Part shown: one piece after another, positions 1 through 12,105 of the stretch
Layout: every line of letters begins with the position of its first letter
How positions within the stretch are numbered: position 1 is the stretch's first letter
Assembly (NCBI RefSeq): GCF_006345805.1
Contig: NW_021834014.1
Coordinates: forward strand, 1 to 51,367
From: Octopus sinensis
Lineage: Eukaryota
DNA: 51,367 nucleotides
Direction of reading: 5' to 3'
Position numbers and translations under genes: made by a program
Notes under the pieces: generated by a model
The model's input: only the letters and a program-made list of their open reading frames with translations
The model's database searches: none
Told to the model about the DNA's origin: nothing

Positions 1-198
1 TGTATGTATGTAGTGTGTGTGTGTGGATACACATACCTATAACAATACAGGTTTCCACAGAGACACACAAATTCTACTCACAAAAGCATTTCAGACAACC
101 AGAAACTATAATAGGAGACACTTGTCCAAAGTGTACACAGTCCTTACAGAGTACCTGCAATTATAATTTATAGAGGTGTATTACCAATTGTTACTTAC

Positions 199-266
199 TG
201 AGGAGTATCACTTATTTTCAAAACAGAACGTTCTGGTATAGAAAAATGCTTCTCCCTTTTTTCATC
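199..266 (-). CDS. MAN2A1: Golgi alpha-mannosidase II exon, 68 bp
   Basis: DEKREKHFSIPERSVLKISDTP(CA); long poly-T tract plus tacag acceptor, gtaagt donor; phase 0 in matches the previous exon. Confidence 0.88.
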
Positions 267-739
267 CTGTATTAAAAAAAAAAAAAGAAATAGATTGTAA
301 TTTACTCTCAGCATTTACATTTGTGAGAATAGCAACCAAATCTTCCTCAAATCACACTTTAAAATGCATGACACAGAAGTATTTAAAACAACAATTTTCC
401 TAAAATGATGCATCGAAAATTTTACTGTGTCGCAAGGGACAAAAACAAATTTCAAGCAAAGTCTCTTTTTGATATCAACCAATTTGACACAGCTCCCACT
501 TCTCCTGAGATACAAACTTCCTGTTTTAAAGTGATCTGACCAAACATTTATTGAAGAATATCCCCCAATGAATACTTATAAAGGAGTAGCCTCAATTATT
601 ATTTACTGCATCAGACTCTCTATTTCCCATTCAGTATCCTGAATCAACAATCTTTTGTAATTACTTTCATGCCAGATTTCTTTTCAGTCATGGAAGTGCT
701 TAGGAAGGAAAGAAAATCAAAAGCAGTCATTCAACTCAC

Positions 740-854
740 AACATTAAACATAGGTTTTTCTTTGGAGTAGCTGTATTTGCTTTTCTCTTTCATCATTAAA
801 AATGTGATGGATTCTGTTGTCAGTCTCTTCATCTCCATCATAGCAGTCAGCAAC
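740..854 (-). CDS. MAN2A1: Golgi alpha-mannosidase II exon, 115 bp
   Basis: (R)LLTAMMEMKRLTTESITFLMMKEKSKYSYSKEKPMFNV; ttttcag acceptor, gtgagt donor; phase 2 in, phase 0 out; no stops. Confidence 0.9.
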
Positions 855-1305
855 CTGAAAAATTAAAAAGACAGATTCTCTTATTCCTTTATCCTTGTAA
901 TGGATCCAGGCTTTGAATTACAGTTATGATGGAGCACTTCCTTCAGGTAGTGTGTGTGCACCTATGTATATGTGTACACACATATACACACAAAATCTTC
1001 CCAGTAGGGGAGACTATGTAGTCACCTCTTCAGCAAGACACCTGTCCTGTCTCTCATACTTTCATAGTAATATAACCCACAGAGTTGAGAGGCCTTGTCT
1101 TGCAAATACTTTCTAGCCTAACTAGTGCAGGTGACACAGAAAAAGCAGCCAGTATACTATGTGAAGTGTAACATGCAACTGTAGAAACCTTGCCAAAACA
1201 AACATTAGACTTCAGTGCAGCCTTTTGGATCATCAGTTCCAGTCAAACCCATGACAGCATGGAAAAAGATATGTGAAACAATAACAATGACAACTAGACT
1301 AGATA

Positions 1306-1711
1306 TCTTTATATATAAAAGTCAAGTTGTGTGTCTGTCTCCTACGATTTAGTTTCCTAACTACTCCCACATTTTGCGGTGCAGTTTAACCAAAAGCGGG
1401 TATCTTATAGTCGTGATTCATATCGAGCCCTTCTGGGTATTAGTACGCGTCTACGATGAGTCTACGATTTAAAAAAAAATTTACCATAATTTTTCCGTAT
1501 TTTTAATGCATTTTCGCTCAGTTTATATAAGGGAAGTAACTCTCTAAAAATGTATTATTAAATCTCAGAATGTAAAAAGCTACAGTAACACCCCCCCCCC
1601 CTTTGTGGTTAGCCATATTGTGATGGCTATTATACTTTACATTTATACTCTAAATATGCTCATATAGTTATTCCCCTTACAAACCCGAGCAACGCCAGGC
1701 GATACTGCTAG
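1306..1711 (+). mobile_element. Non-autonomous Helitron, family Y (about 400 bp)
   Basis: A|TCTTTATATATAAAAG start; 3' GC hairpin cccgagcaacgccagg followed by CTAG|T; homologous to 24528-24903, 26920-27314 and the 5' part of 30002-30846. Confidence 0.88.
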
Positions 1712-1825
1712 TTATATATTTATATAAATATATATATATATATATCATCATCATATATATATATATATATATTGTTGACGATATATATATATATATCTAT
1801 ATATATATATATATTCTAGCAAAAA

Positions 1826-1863
1826 CTGTCTGATGAACGGCAACGAGAAACTCAGAGTAACAG
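1826..1863 (+). ncRNA. Minimal type I hammerhead-like motif in an 80-bp PLE-type fragment between (TA)n tracts
   Basis: CUGU-CUGAUGA-ACG GCAA CGA-GAAA-CUCAGAG-UA-ACAG; stem I CUGU/ACAG, stem III ACU/AGU; A.A mismatch at the base of stem II. Confidence 0.6.
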
Positions 1864-1950
1864 ATTTTGTTGAATTTTTTGCTGCTTAAAATAAAGTATA
1901 TATATATATATATAATATATATATATATATCGATATATATATATATATAT

Positions 1951-4900
1951 GTCGTTGATGAACGACAGAGACCTTCTCTTTGTGGCTGGTGATTTCAATG
2001 GACATGTTGGACAACGTGCAGGGGGCTTCCGCAATGAGGAGGGAACCGGACTGCTGGAGTTCTGCGATGCAAATGACCTTATGGTTTGCAATACCAACTT
2101 CAGGAACCTGCCTGTCACCTAGTCACCTATCGTTCTAGCAGACACACCAGCCAAATTGACTATATCCTTGCCAGAAAAAGGGAAAGAGGGCTGCTTATAA
2201 ATGCCAAAACCTTCCCAGGCGAAGAATGTACCACTCAACATAGATTAGTAGTTAGTGACTTCAGGAACGGGGCTGAATGGATGCCCAGAAGAAGACCAGC
2301 CTGGAGGAGAAGGGTCTGGAGACTTAAAGATCCTGCAAATGAGCAGAGATTTAGAAACGTATTACTCGAAGCCCTCGATGAAATAGAAGGGGATATAGCA
2401 TCACATAATGTGGAAGACAATTGGAGGTTTCTACGGGACAACCTGCTGAGAGCCACTGACCAGATCTGTGGCTGGTGCAAAGTCCCCTCTCGACCCAAGG
2501 TAACGTGGTGGTGGAACAATGTGGTTGACAGGGCTATTAGACAATAGAAACAGGCTTGGAAGGACTGGAAGAACGGAGGTAGCAGGGAATTGTATCAGAC
2601 AGCCAAAAGGGAAGCTAGGAGACAGGTTTATTTAGCCAGATAAGGAAAAATTTGCCAATGTCCTGCACCGTGAGGATGAAAGACTTGAGGTATTTCGTGT
2701 TGCAAGACAGTGTGTGAGAGAGAATCGTGATGTGGTAGGAGAGAAATGTGTTCGCATGGATGATGGTTCACTTGCGCTAAATGAGGATGCAAAGAGAGAG
2801 GTTTGGAGACACCACAATGAAAGGTTGCTGAATAAAGAAAATGAATGGGATAAAGAGAGGGACCAGCTATCCAAGTTGACAGTTCCATAGTAGTTAAGGC
2901 AATTAGAAGCATGTAGACAAGGAAAGCCCCAGGCCCACCAGGAATTACTGCAGAGATGCTTAAAATATCTAGTAGTGTCGGCTATAGCCTAGTCACCAGT
3001 ATAGTTAACCAGGTGATACACGAAGGAGTCAGACCCAATGACTGGTGTAGCAGCATAATAGTCAACTGCTACAAAGGTAAAGGTGACACTTTAGATACAA
3101 ATAATTACAGAGGTATCAAGCTGTTGGATCAGGTAATGAAGGTTACGGAGAGGGTCATAGCCCAACTGATTAGAGAGAGAGTCAGTTTAGATGAGATGCA
3201 GTTTGGTTTCGTGCCAGGGAAAAGTACCACTGATGCTATATTCCTGGTAAGACAGCTGCAGGAGAAATACCTAACCAAAGATAAGCTCCTGTACCTGGCT
3301 TTCGTTGACATGGAGAAAGCCTTTGACAGAGTCCCCCAATCCCTTATCTGGTGGTCAATGAGGAAACTAGGGATAGATGAATGATTAGTGAGAGCTGTGA
3401 AAGCCATGTACAGGGATGTGGTTAGTAAGGTGAGGATTGGCAACGAGTATACTAAAGAATTCCGGGTAGAGGTAAGAGTCCACCAAGGTTCAATCCTCAG
3501 CCCCCTCCTATTTATCATAGTCCTCCAGGCAATAACAGAGGAATGCAAGACAGGATGCCCCTGGGAGCTCCTCTATGCTGACGACCTTGCTCTAATTGCT
3601 GAGTCGCTATCAGCACTGGAAGAGAAGTTTCAGGTGTGGAAGCAAGGATTAGAATCGAAGGGCCTTAGAGTCAACCTAGCTAAAACAAAAGTCCTAATAA
3701 GTAGGAAGGTAGACAAACCACAAACGCCTTCAGGTAGATGGCCCTGCTCGATCTGTAGAAAAGGCATAAGTAGAAACTCTATAAGATGCACCAAGTGTAA
3801 GCTATGGACACATAAGAGGTGCAGCAATGTCAAAGGAAGGCTAACTAGGAAGATAGTTTTTGTATGTGGCAGATGCTCAGGAACAATAAACACTGAAAAT
3901 GCACAGAGACCAACTTCCGCCACATTCCAGGGAGAAAAACTATAAATTGTTGATAGCTTCCGTTACCTAGGTGACCAAGTCAGTAGCGGGGGCGGGTGTG
4001 TTAAAAGTGTAACTGCTAGAGTAAGAATAGCCCGGGCAAAGTTCAGAGAGCTCTTACCTCTGCTGGTGACAAAAGGCCTCTCGCTCAGAGTAAAAGATAG
4101 ACTGTATGACGCATGTGTATGAACAGCCATGCTACATGGCAGTGAAACATGGGCCGTGACTGCTGAGGATATGCGTAAGCTCATGAGGAATGAAGCAAGT
4201 ATGCTCCGATGGAGGTGTAATATCAGTGTTCATACTCGACAGAGTGTAAGTACCTTGAGAGAAAAGTTGGACCTAAGAAGCATCAGTTGTGGTGTGCAAG
4301 AGAGACGTTTGCGCTGGTATGGTCATGTGGCGAGAATGGATGAAGATAGGTGTGTGAGAAAGTGCCAATCCCTAGTAGTTGAGGGAACTTGTGGAAGAGG
4401 TAGACCCAGGAAAACCTGGGACGAGGTGGTGAAGCACGACCTTCAAACATTAGGCCTCAGTGAGGCAATGACTAGTGACCAAGACATTTGGAAATATGCT
4501 GTGCGTGAGAAGATCCAGCAGGACAAGTGAGTCCATCCTGTGTCCCTTGCCAGCTCATTTGTGCATGCCTTTCCTTCCTTGGACATGCGAAGACCTGTTG
4601 AGGCAAGTGAAGTCGAAATTGAATTCGAAATCGAACCTCATCCGACGACTGGCACCCATGCCAACCTCCCTTCATTGGACACTAAACTCTGCTTGTGAAG
4701 ATCTGTTGGGGCAAGTGAAATCGGAATCGAAATCGAAATCGAAATTGAACCAATCCTATGATTGGTACCCAGCACTTGCCAGTACCGCTGGACTGACTCC
4801 TGTGCAGGTGGCAAGTAAAGAAACACCGTTTTGACCCTGTGCTTGAAGAGACCTATTGAGTCAAGTACACCAGCATCAAAAATCAATGGAAATTGTAGTT

Positions 4901-5226
4901 GTGATCCCTGTGCCGGTGGCACGTAAAAAGCACCATTCAAACGTGGCCGATGCCAGTGCCGCCTTGACTGGCTTTTGTGCCGGTGGCACATAAAAAGCAC
5001 CAATCCGATTGTGGCCATTGCCAGCCTCGCCTGGCAGCTGTGCCGGTAGCACGTAAAAAGCACCCACTACACTCACGGAATGGTTGGTGTTAGGAAGGAC
5101 ATCCAGCTGCAGAAACACTGCCAGATCAGACTGGAACCTGGTGCAGCCTTCGGGCTTCCCAGATCCCGTTCAAACCGTCCAACCCATGCTAGCATGGAGA
5201 ACGGACATTAAACGATGACGATGATG

Positions 5227-5228
<2 letters not shown>
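1951..5228 (+). mobile_element. 5'-truncated RTE-clade LINE (end of APE domain, RT, 3' UTR with tandem repeats, (GAT)n tail); disrupted by stops and frameshifts
   Basis: SQIDYILARK, YRGIKLLDQVMK, QFGFVPGKSTTDAIF, AFVDMEKAFDRVP, VHQGSILSP, LLYADDL, FRYLG, RRLRWYGHV, GRPRKTW; tail aaacgatgacgatgatgat. Confidence 0.95.
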
Positions 5229-5259
<31 letters not shown>

Positions 5260-5520
5260 ATAATAGAGTTATGGACACTCACATACAGAACATGAAGTTT
5301 CTGTGTCAACAATACAACAATCACTGCACTTCTTCAGCAGTCACAAGTCCAGTGTCCATAGCACCATCAATTATAAACATTCAGTTATCAATATATGTAT
5401 ATTTTTCCTGCCTTTAACCTCCCAATGCAGAGTGTAGGACGCTTAGAGTTGAATTCCATGTCACATAATTTTTCGCTTCTGTACTAATACTCTGCCATGA
5501 ATTTCCCACTTTATATATAT

Positions 5521-7622
5521 CATCATCATCATCATCGTTTAATGTCTGCTTTCCATGCTGTCATGGGTTGGACAGTTTGACTGGGAACTGGTGAGCCAGA
5601 TGGCTGCTCCAGGCTCCAATCTGATCTGGCAGAGTTTCTACAGCTGGATGCCCTTCCTAAGGCCAACCACTCCGTGAGTGTAGTGGATGCTTTTACATGC
5701 CACCGGCACAAGGGCCAGTCAGGCGGTACTGGCAATGGCCATGTTCAAATCATGTTTTTTACGTGTCACCTGCGCAGGAGCCAGTCGAAAGGCACAGGCA
5801 ACGTCCTCGCTCAAATGTTGTTTTCACGTACCACCAGCACAAATGCCAGTAAGGCAACGCTGGTAATGATCACACTTGGATGATGCTGTCATTGAATTTG
5901 ATTTTGATTTCACTTGTCTCAACAGGTCTTCGCAAGCAGAGTTTAGTGTCCAATGAAAGAAAGGTACGCCTAAGTGGGCTGGTTACACTACTGGCATAGG
6001 CTACGGGTTATGGACTCACTTGTCCTGCCGGGTGTTCTCAAGCACAGCATATTTCCAAAGGCCTCGGTCACTAGTCATTGCCTCACTGAGGCCTAATGTT
6101 CGAAGGTCGTGCTTCAATACCTCATCCCAGGTTTTCCTGGGTCTACCTCTTCCACAGGTTCCCTCGTGACACTTTTTCACACAGCTGTCCTCATCCTTTC
6201 ACACCACATGACCATACCAACATAGTCGTCTCTCTTGCACACTACATCTAATGCTTCTTAGGTTCAACTTTTCTCTCAAGGTACTTACACTCTGTCGAGT
6301 ATGAACACTGACGTTACACATCCATCAGAGCATACTGGCTTCATTCCTTGCGAGCTTACGCATATCCTCAGCAGTCACAGCCATGTTTCACTGCCATGTA
6401 TCATGGCTGTTTGTACACATGCGTCATACAGTCTATCTTTTACTCTGAGCAAGAGGCCTTTTGTCACCAGCAGAGGTAGGAGCTCTCTGAACTTAGCCCA
6501 GGTTATTCTTATTCTAACAGCTACTCCAGTTACTGACTTGGTCACCTAGGTAACGGAAGCTATCAACTACTTCTAGTTTTTCTCTCTGGAATCTGGCAGA
6601 TGTTCCCTGCACATTTTCAGTGTTTATTGCTCCTGAGCATCTGCCATATACAAAATTATCTTCCTAGCTAGCCTTCCTTTGATATTGCTGCACCTCTTAT
6701 GTATCCATAGCTTACACTGGGTACATCTTATAGAATTTCTACCTACACATTTCCTACAGATCGAGCAGGGCTATCTACCTGAAGGGATTTGTGGTTTGTC
6801 TGCCTTCCTACTTATTAGGACTTTTGTTTTAGCTAGGTTGACTCTAAGGCCCTTCGATCGCTAATCCTTGCTTCCACACCTGAAACTTCTCTAGTTCTGA
6901 TAATGACACAGCAATTAGAGCAAGGTCGTCAGCATAGAGTAGCTCCCATGGGCAGCCTGTCTTGAATTCCTCTGTTATTGCCTGGAGGTCTATGATAAAT
7001 AGGAGGGGGCTGAGTACTGAACCTTGGTGGACCCCTACCTCTACCTGGAATTCTTCACTGTATTCAATGCCAATCCTCACCTTACTGACAGCATCCCTAT
7101 ACATGGCTCGCATAGCTCTCACTAACGATTCATCTTATCCCTAGTTTCCTCATTGACCACCAGCTAAGGGATCGGGAGACCCTATCAAAGGTTTTCTCCA
7201 TGTCAACGAAAGCCAGGTACAGGAGCTTATCTTTGGTTAGGTATTTCTCCAGCAGCTGTCTTACCAGGAATATAGCATCAGTGGTACTTTTCCCTGGCAC
7301 GAAACCAAACTGCATCTCATCTATACTGACTCTCTTCCTAATTAGTTGGGCTATGACCCTCTCCGTAACTTTCATTACCTGATCTAACAACTTGATACCT
7401 CTGTAATTATTTGTATCTAAAGCGTCACCTTTTCCTTTGTAGCAGTTGACTATTATGCTGCTACACCAGTCATTGGGTCTGACGCCTTCGTGTATCACCT
7501 GGTTAACAATAGGGTGACCAGGCTATAGCCGACATGACCAGATATTTTGAGCATCTCTGCAGTGGTTCCTGATGGGCCTGGGGCTTTCGCTGTCTTCATA
7601 CTCTTAATTGCTTTATCTACCA
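5521..7622 (-). mobile_element. RTE LINE 3' half (RT to tail), degenerate
   Basis: Minus-strand ORFs with YRGIKLLDQ, QFGFVPGKST, VHQGSVLSP, YADD; (CAT)n tail at 5521. Confidence 0.95.
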
Positions 7623-7623
7623 A

Positions 7624-7644
<21 letters not shown>

Positions 7645-7654
<10 letters not shown>

Positions 7655-7958
7655 TATTTGAGACAAAACCACTATTTTGCAAAACAAACAAGGAAAGACT
7701 TAATCAATACATAAAATTTAATAAATAGTCAAAAAAACCGCCACTACAATCGTTTCTTGTCTTGATCGACAATCTTCAGGTGGACTTCCAATAATTCAGT
7801 TACAACTGAATTATTGGAAGTCCACCTGAAGATTGTCGATCAAGACAAGAACGATTGTAGTGGCGGTTTTTTTGACTATTTATTAATTTTATGTATTGAT
7901 TAAGTCTTTCCTTGTTTGTTTTGCAAAATAGTGGTTTTGTCTCAAATAATATTTTATA
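7645..7958. repeat. Near-perfect 314-bp palindrome (arms 157 and 155 bp, 2-nt loop); inverted PLE-type pseudo-LTR; element extends to about 8040
   Basis: 7645-7801 is the reverse complement of 7804-7958 apart from two 1-bp indels; flanked by (TA)n. Confidence 0.95.
7741..7783 (-). ncRNA. Type I hammerhead ribozyme motif with canonical core
   Basis: CCAC-CUGAAGA-UUGUC GAUCAA GACAA-GAAA-C GAUU G-UA-GUGG; the mirror copy at 7822-7863 (+) lacks one A of GAAA. Confidence 0.8.
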
Positions 7959-8037
7959 ATATTTTACTATAAAATTGGATTTAATCCTAAATCTGATTTT
8001 TTTTCCCTGTAAATTTGGATATATTCCCTAATATTAT

Positions 8038-8078
<41 letters not shown>

Positions 8079-8084
8079 AACAAA

Positions 8085-8240
8085 CATGGCTATATGTTTA
8101 AGAGGCTTGCTTCCAAACATGTGGTCTTGTCTAGTGTTCAGTCTCACTGAGTAGCACCTTGAGCAAGTGTCCCCTGCTATAGCCAAACCCTTGTGAGTGG
8201 ATTTGCTGTATGGAAACTGATAGAAGCCTGCTGTATATAT
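8085..8240 (+). mobile_element. tRNA-derived SINE 5' part (octopus OR-like family, name unverified)
   Basis: Degenerate A/B boxes, then caccttgagcaagtgtc...ccttgtgagtggatttg, shared with 42270-42652. Confidence 0.7.
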
Positions 8241-8659
8241 GTGTGATATTTTTCATGCCTGGCCATGAGTAAACATTATCCTGCTTGGAGTGGTTGGATG
8301 TTAGGAAGGGCATAGAAGCCAAGTCAAAACCAAACTGGAGCCTGGTACAGCTCTCCAGCTTACCAGTTCCAGTCAAACCATCCAACCCATGCCAGCATGG
8401 AAAGTGGACATTAAATGACAATGATATGATGATAATATATATATATATATATATATTTATCCCATCATTAGCATCTTCATTGTCATTTAATGTCCACTTT
8501 TCCATGCTTGCATTGGTTAGACAGAATTTGTTGGGGCAGATTTTCTATGGCTCGATACCTTTCCTGTTATCAACACTCACTTGTTTTCTAGCATGATGTT
8601 TACCCATGGCCAGGCATATGTTTTATAGACGTTGGTTCACAACCATCACATGATGTCAC

Positions 8660-8835
8660 ATACACAAATACATACATATATACAGCAGGCTACTTTCAGT
8701 TTCCATATATCAAATCCATTCACAAGGGTTTAGCTATAATAAGAGATACTTGCTCAAGGTGCTGCACAGTGGGACTGAACCCTAGATAAGACCACATGTT
8801 TAGGAAGCAAGATTCTTAACCATGTAGCCATGTTT
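8660..8835 (-). mobile_element. tRNA-derived SINE 5' part
   Basis: gggactgaaccc (B-box complement), cacaagg...cttgctcaaggtgc; same family as 42270-42652. Confidence 0.7.
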
Positions 8836-8872
8836 GCGCACACGCGTGTGTGTGTGTGTGTGTATATATATA

Positions 8873-9084
8873 TATCTGTAAAATAATATGTGACAATTAT
8901 TCGGTAGCCAAGATAAAACTCTGAGTTTCGGATGCCGAGGTGGAAATCCACACCACCATCTCTTCGGTTATCTGGCCATCTCCAGATAACCGAAGAGATG
9001 GTGGTGTGGATTTCCACCTCTGCATCCGAAACTCAGAGTTTTATCTTGGCTATTGAATAATTGTCACATATTATTTTACAGATA
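8873..9084. repeat. 212-bp palindrome (103-bp arms, 6-nt loop); inverted PLE-type pseudo-LTR; element continues to about 9150
   Basis: 8873-8975 versus 8982-9084 with 3 mismatches; same family at 45250-45489 and fragments at 24904 and 27315. Confidence 0.93.
8984..9046 (+). ncRNA. Variant hammerhead-like motif (CCGAAGA core); mirror copy at 8911-8973 (-)
   Basis: AGAUAA-CCGAAGA-GAUG...CAUC-C-GAAA-CUCAGAG-UU-UUAUCU; stems I, II and III present; U4C change and an extra C before GAAA. Confidence 0.5.
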
Positions 9085-9174
9085 AATTTCCTCTATTTAC
9101 ATAATATTGAGGTCTCTTTCTTTCTTTTGTTATCTTACCGTTTTTACCAATATATATATATATATACACACACA

Positions 9175-10520
9175 TAAGCGGCACCCAGATATCCTCCATG
9201 GGGTGCATGAGGGACATGGAATTGGTTCCCAAAATGAGAAGTATATAAAGCTGCTGAAATTCTGTCACACAAATGACCTAATGATCTGCAACATCAGAAA
9301 GCCAGCAAGTCACTTGATAACCTATAAAGCCAGATTGACTACATTCTCACCAGAAAGCAGACAAATCACAAATCCCCTAAGGTAGATAGCCCTGCTCAAT
9401 CTGTAGAAAAGGCATAGGTAGAAACTCAATAAGATGTACCCAGTGTGAGCTATAGATACATAAGAGGTGCAGCAATATCAGAGGAAGTTAACTTGGAAAA
9501 TAGTTTTTGTGTGTGTAAGGTGTACGGGTACAATAAACACCACAAATGCACAGAAAATAGATGCCATCAAATGCCAGGCAGGTAAGTGGAGGTGGATGCT
9601 CCAAGAGAATAGCTATAAGAATAACAATAGGATGGGCAAAGTTCGGAGTGTTCCTATCTCTGTTGGTACCAAAGGGCCTCGCCCTCAGAGTGAAAGGCAG
9701 ACTGTATGATGCCTGTGTTTGAACAGTTGTGCTACATGGCAGTAAAACACAGGCTATGACTACCAAGGACATGTGTAATCTTGAAAGAAATGAAGCAGGG
9801 TATGCTTTGCTGGATGTGCAAAGTCAGTGTGCATGTATGACAGAGTGTAAGCATCTTGAGAGAAAAGCTGGGCATAAGAGGCATCAGATGTGATGTGCAA
9901 GGGAGACAACTGCATTTATATAGTCATATGATGCATCTGGATGAGGACAACTGTGTAAAGAAGTGCCAATCTCTAACTGTGAAGGGAACCTGTGGAAGAG
10001 GTAGACCAGGAAGACATGGAATGAGGTGGTGAAGCATGGTCTTCAAATGTTGGGCTTCATGGAGATGATGACAAGTGACTGAGAGCTCTGGCAATATGCT
10101 GTGTGTAAGAGGACTCGTCAGGTCAAGTAAAATCATAGTTGTGGCTATGCTAGTGCCATGTAAATAACACCCAATGCATTGAGGTCATGGTCATTCATGG
10201 CATCTGTGTATCATAGTCATGGTCATTGATTAAGTCCTGAAAATTGGTATCCAGGAATCGTTCTCATTGGCAGTGCCATGTAAATGGCACCTGTGAGTTT
10301 TCGTTACTGGTGCCATGCAAACGGCACCCATGAATTGTAGTCATGGTTGCACGTAAAAGTATCCATTACACTCCTGGAGTGGCTCATGTTGGGAAGGGCA
10401 TCCAACAGTAGAAACCAAGCCAAATCAGACTGGAACTTGGTGCAGCTCTCCAGCTCATCAGTTCCAGTCAAACGGTCTAAACGATGCCAGCATGGAGAGT
10501 GGATGTTGAATGATGATGAT
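9175..10520 (+). mobile_element. Old, internally deleted RTE LINE
   Basis: APE-end fragment (RKPASHLITY) fused to the PHD/RT-end region and the shared 3' tail ending gatgatgat. Confidence 0.85.
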
Positions 10521-11020
10521 AATGAACATTTTTGACATATTTTGCTTTCTTATTATTTTGGTAAAGGCAAGAAAGTTGCTGAGGTTCACAAAGAGATATG
10601 TGAAGTTTATGGTGTTGATTGCTTAACAGAATGCAGATGTCAGAAATGGTTTTAAAAATTCCATTCTGGAGATTTTTCACTCAAAGGTAACCAATGTTTT
10701 GGTCAACCTACAGAAGTTGATGATGACCGTATCAAAGCTATAATTTAATTTAATTGCCATATAACTGTGTGAGAGATTGCAGAGAGGTTAAATGTATCAT
10801 ACATAACAATTGAAAATCATTTAAAATGTCTCGGACTTGTTAAGAAGCTTGACATTTGGGTTCCACAGAAATTGAATGAGATTCACTCAACACAATGAAT
10901 CAACATTTGCGATATGTATTTAAAACACAATGAAATCGACCTGTTTTTGAAACAAATCATCACAGGTGATGAAAAATGGATTGTCTACAATAAGATCAAT
11001 CGAAAACAATCATGGCAAGC
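10521..11020 (+). mobile_element. mariner (DD34D-type) transposase N-terminal fragment, pseudogenised
   Basis: EICEVYG, CQKWF..F.SGDFSL, EIAERLNVS, KKLDIWVPQKL, QIITGDEKWIVY. Confidence 0.85.
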
Positions 11021-11109
11021 TGTGATGGTGGCTTTGGAGGCTAAACATGGTGATTTAGAAATTTCTTGTTTTCTGAAAGTTGCAAGATCTTTTGTCTACA
11101 AGATTTGGT

Positions 11110-11910
11110 AGGAGTTAGAGGAAGCGTATTACCTGTATCAAAACATAAAAAAACATTCCACACATTCTGATTCTATCAGGACACCTGAATTTATTCAAGA
11201 AGTTAAGCAAAACATTGAAAACAATCCAGGAAAATCAATGAGGTCAATTGCAAAAAAAATTTTCTGTGTCAGAAAAATAATCAGAAATGTTGTGCGTGAA
11301 GGTATCTGATACAAATCTTACATGATGAGGAGAGGTCAATTAATGTCAGAAAAATCAAAAGAAAACTGCTTAATCAGAATCAAAAGATTTTTGAACAAGC
11401 TTAAATATCCATCAGAAGATGGTATGATTTGGTTTTTCTCAGATGAGAAAACTTTGACCAGGACCAGAAAACTAACAGATAACAGGTGGCTATGTACAGA
11501 CACTTCTGAGGTTCCAAGAGTAATGCATACAAAACTTCCTGCAAGTGTCATGTTTTTGGATGCTGTTAACAATGAAGGACATGTGATGCCTCCTCACTTT
11601 TTTCTACAAGGCCTTAGGATGAATACTGCTGTATATATTGAGGTTCTGGATAAAGTTGTTAAGCTTTGGATCAACAGTGTTTACAATGGAAGGCCTTATA
11701 TCTCTAAAGATCTCAATCCACTGGATTACTTTGTATGGAGCATTGTCGAGAAAAATGTCAATGAACACCCCCATAGCACTAAAGATTCTTTGAAAGCCAC
11801 CATAGTTCGAGTCGTTCAATATGAACAAGGACAATTTAATCTGAGATTGTAAATGATTTCGACCCCATGTAGAGGCAGTTATTGATGCTTATGGTGGTTT
11901 TATTGAATGA
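11110..11910 (+). mobile_element. Tc1/mariner maT (DD37D-like) transposase remnant, internally deleted
   Basis: WFFSDEK, TKLPASVM, GHVMPPHFF, YIEVLDKVVKLW, DLNPLDYFVWS. Confidence 0.8.
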
Positions 11911-12021
11911 AATTATTAAAATAATAATTTAGATTTATGTTTATGTTATTTTTCTAAAAATACAGTTTCTTTCTGTTATTATATAAGTGTTTTTTAAAAA
12001 GCATAAATCTGTCCTCAAATA

Positions 12022-12049
12022 CCATCTGCACTGTGTGTGTGTGTGTGTA

Positions 12050-12103
<54 letters not shown>
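12022..12103. repeat. Compound (TG)n(TA)n microsatellite, representative of dozens of (TA)n, (CA)n, (TATG)n and (CAT)n tracts in the window
   Basis: Read directly; other examples at 1712-1813, 1896-1950, 7624-7647, 22776-22876, 26160-26257, 31908-32110 and 49831-49908. Confidence 0.98.

Positions 12104-12104
<1 letters not shown>

Positions 12105-12105
<1 letters not shown>

Noticed and set aside
608-640. Possible extra small exon (cag GAT ACT GAA TGG ... gtaaat) in the 473-bp intron
   Set aside because: 32 bp, would break the frame, no mannosidase similarity; the 199-266 exon fits better
2235-3923. Antisense ORFs overlapping RTE coding sequence (also at 35261, 36541, 47333, 48198)
   Set aside because: Shadow frames of the LINE ORF2
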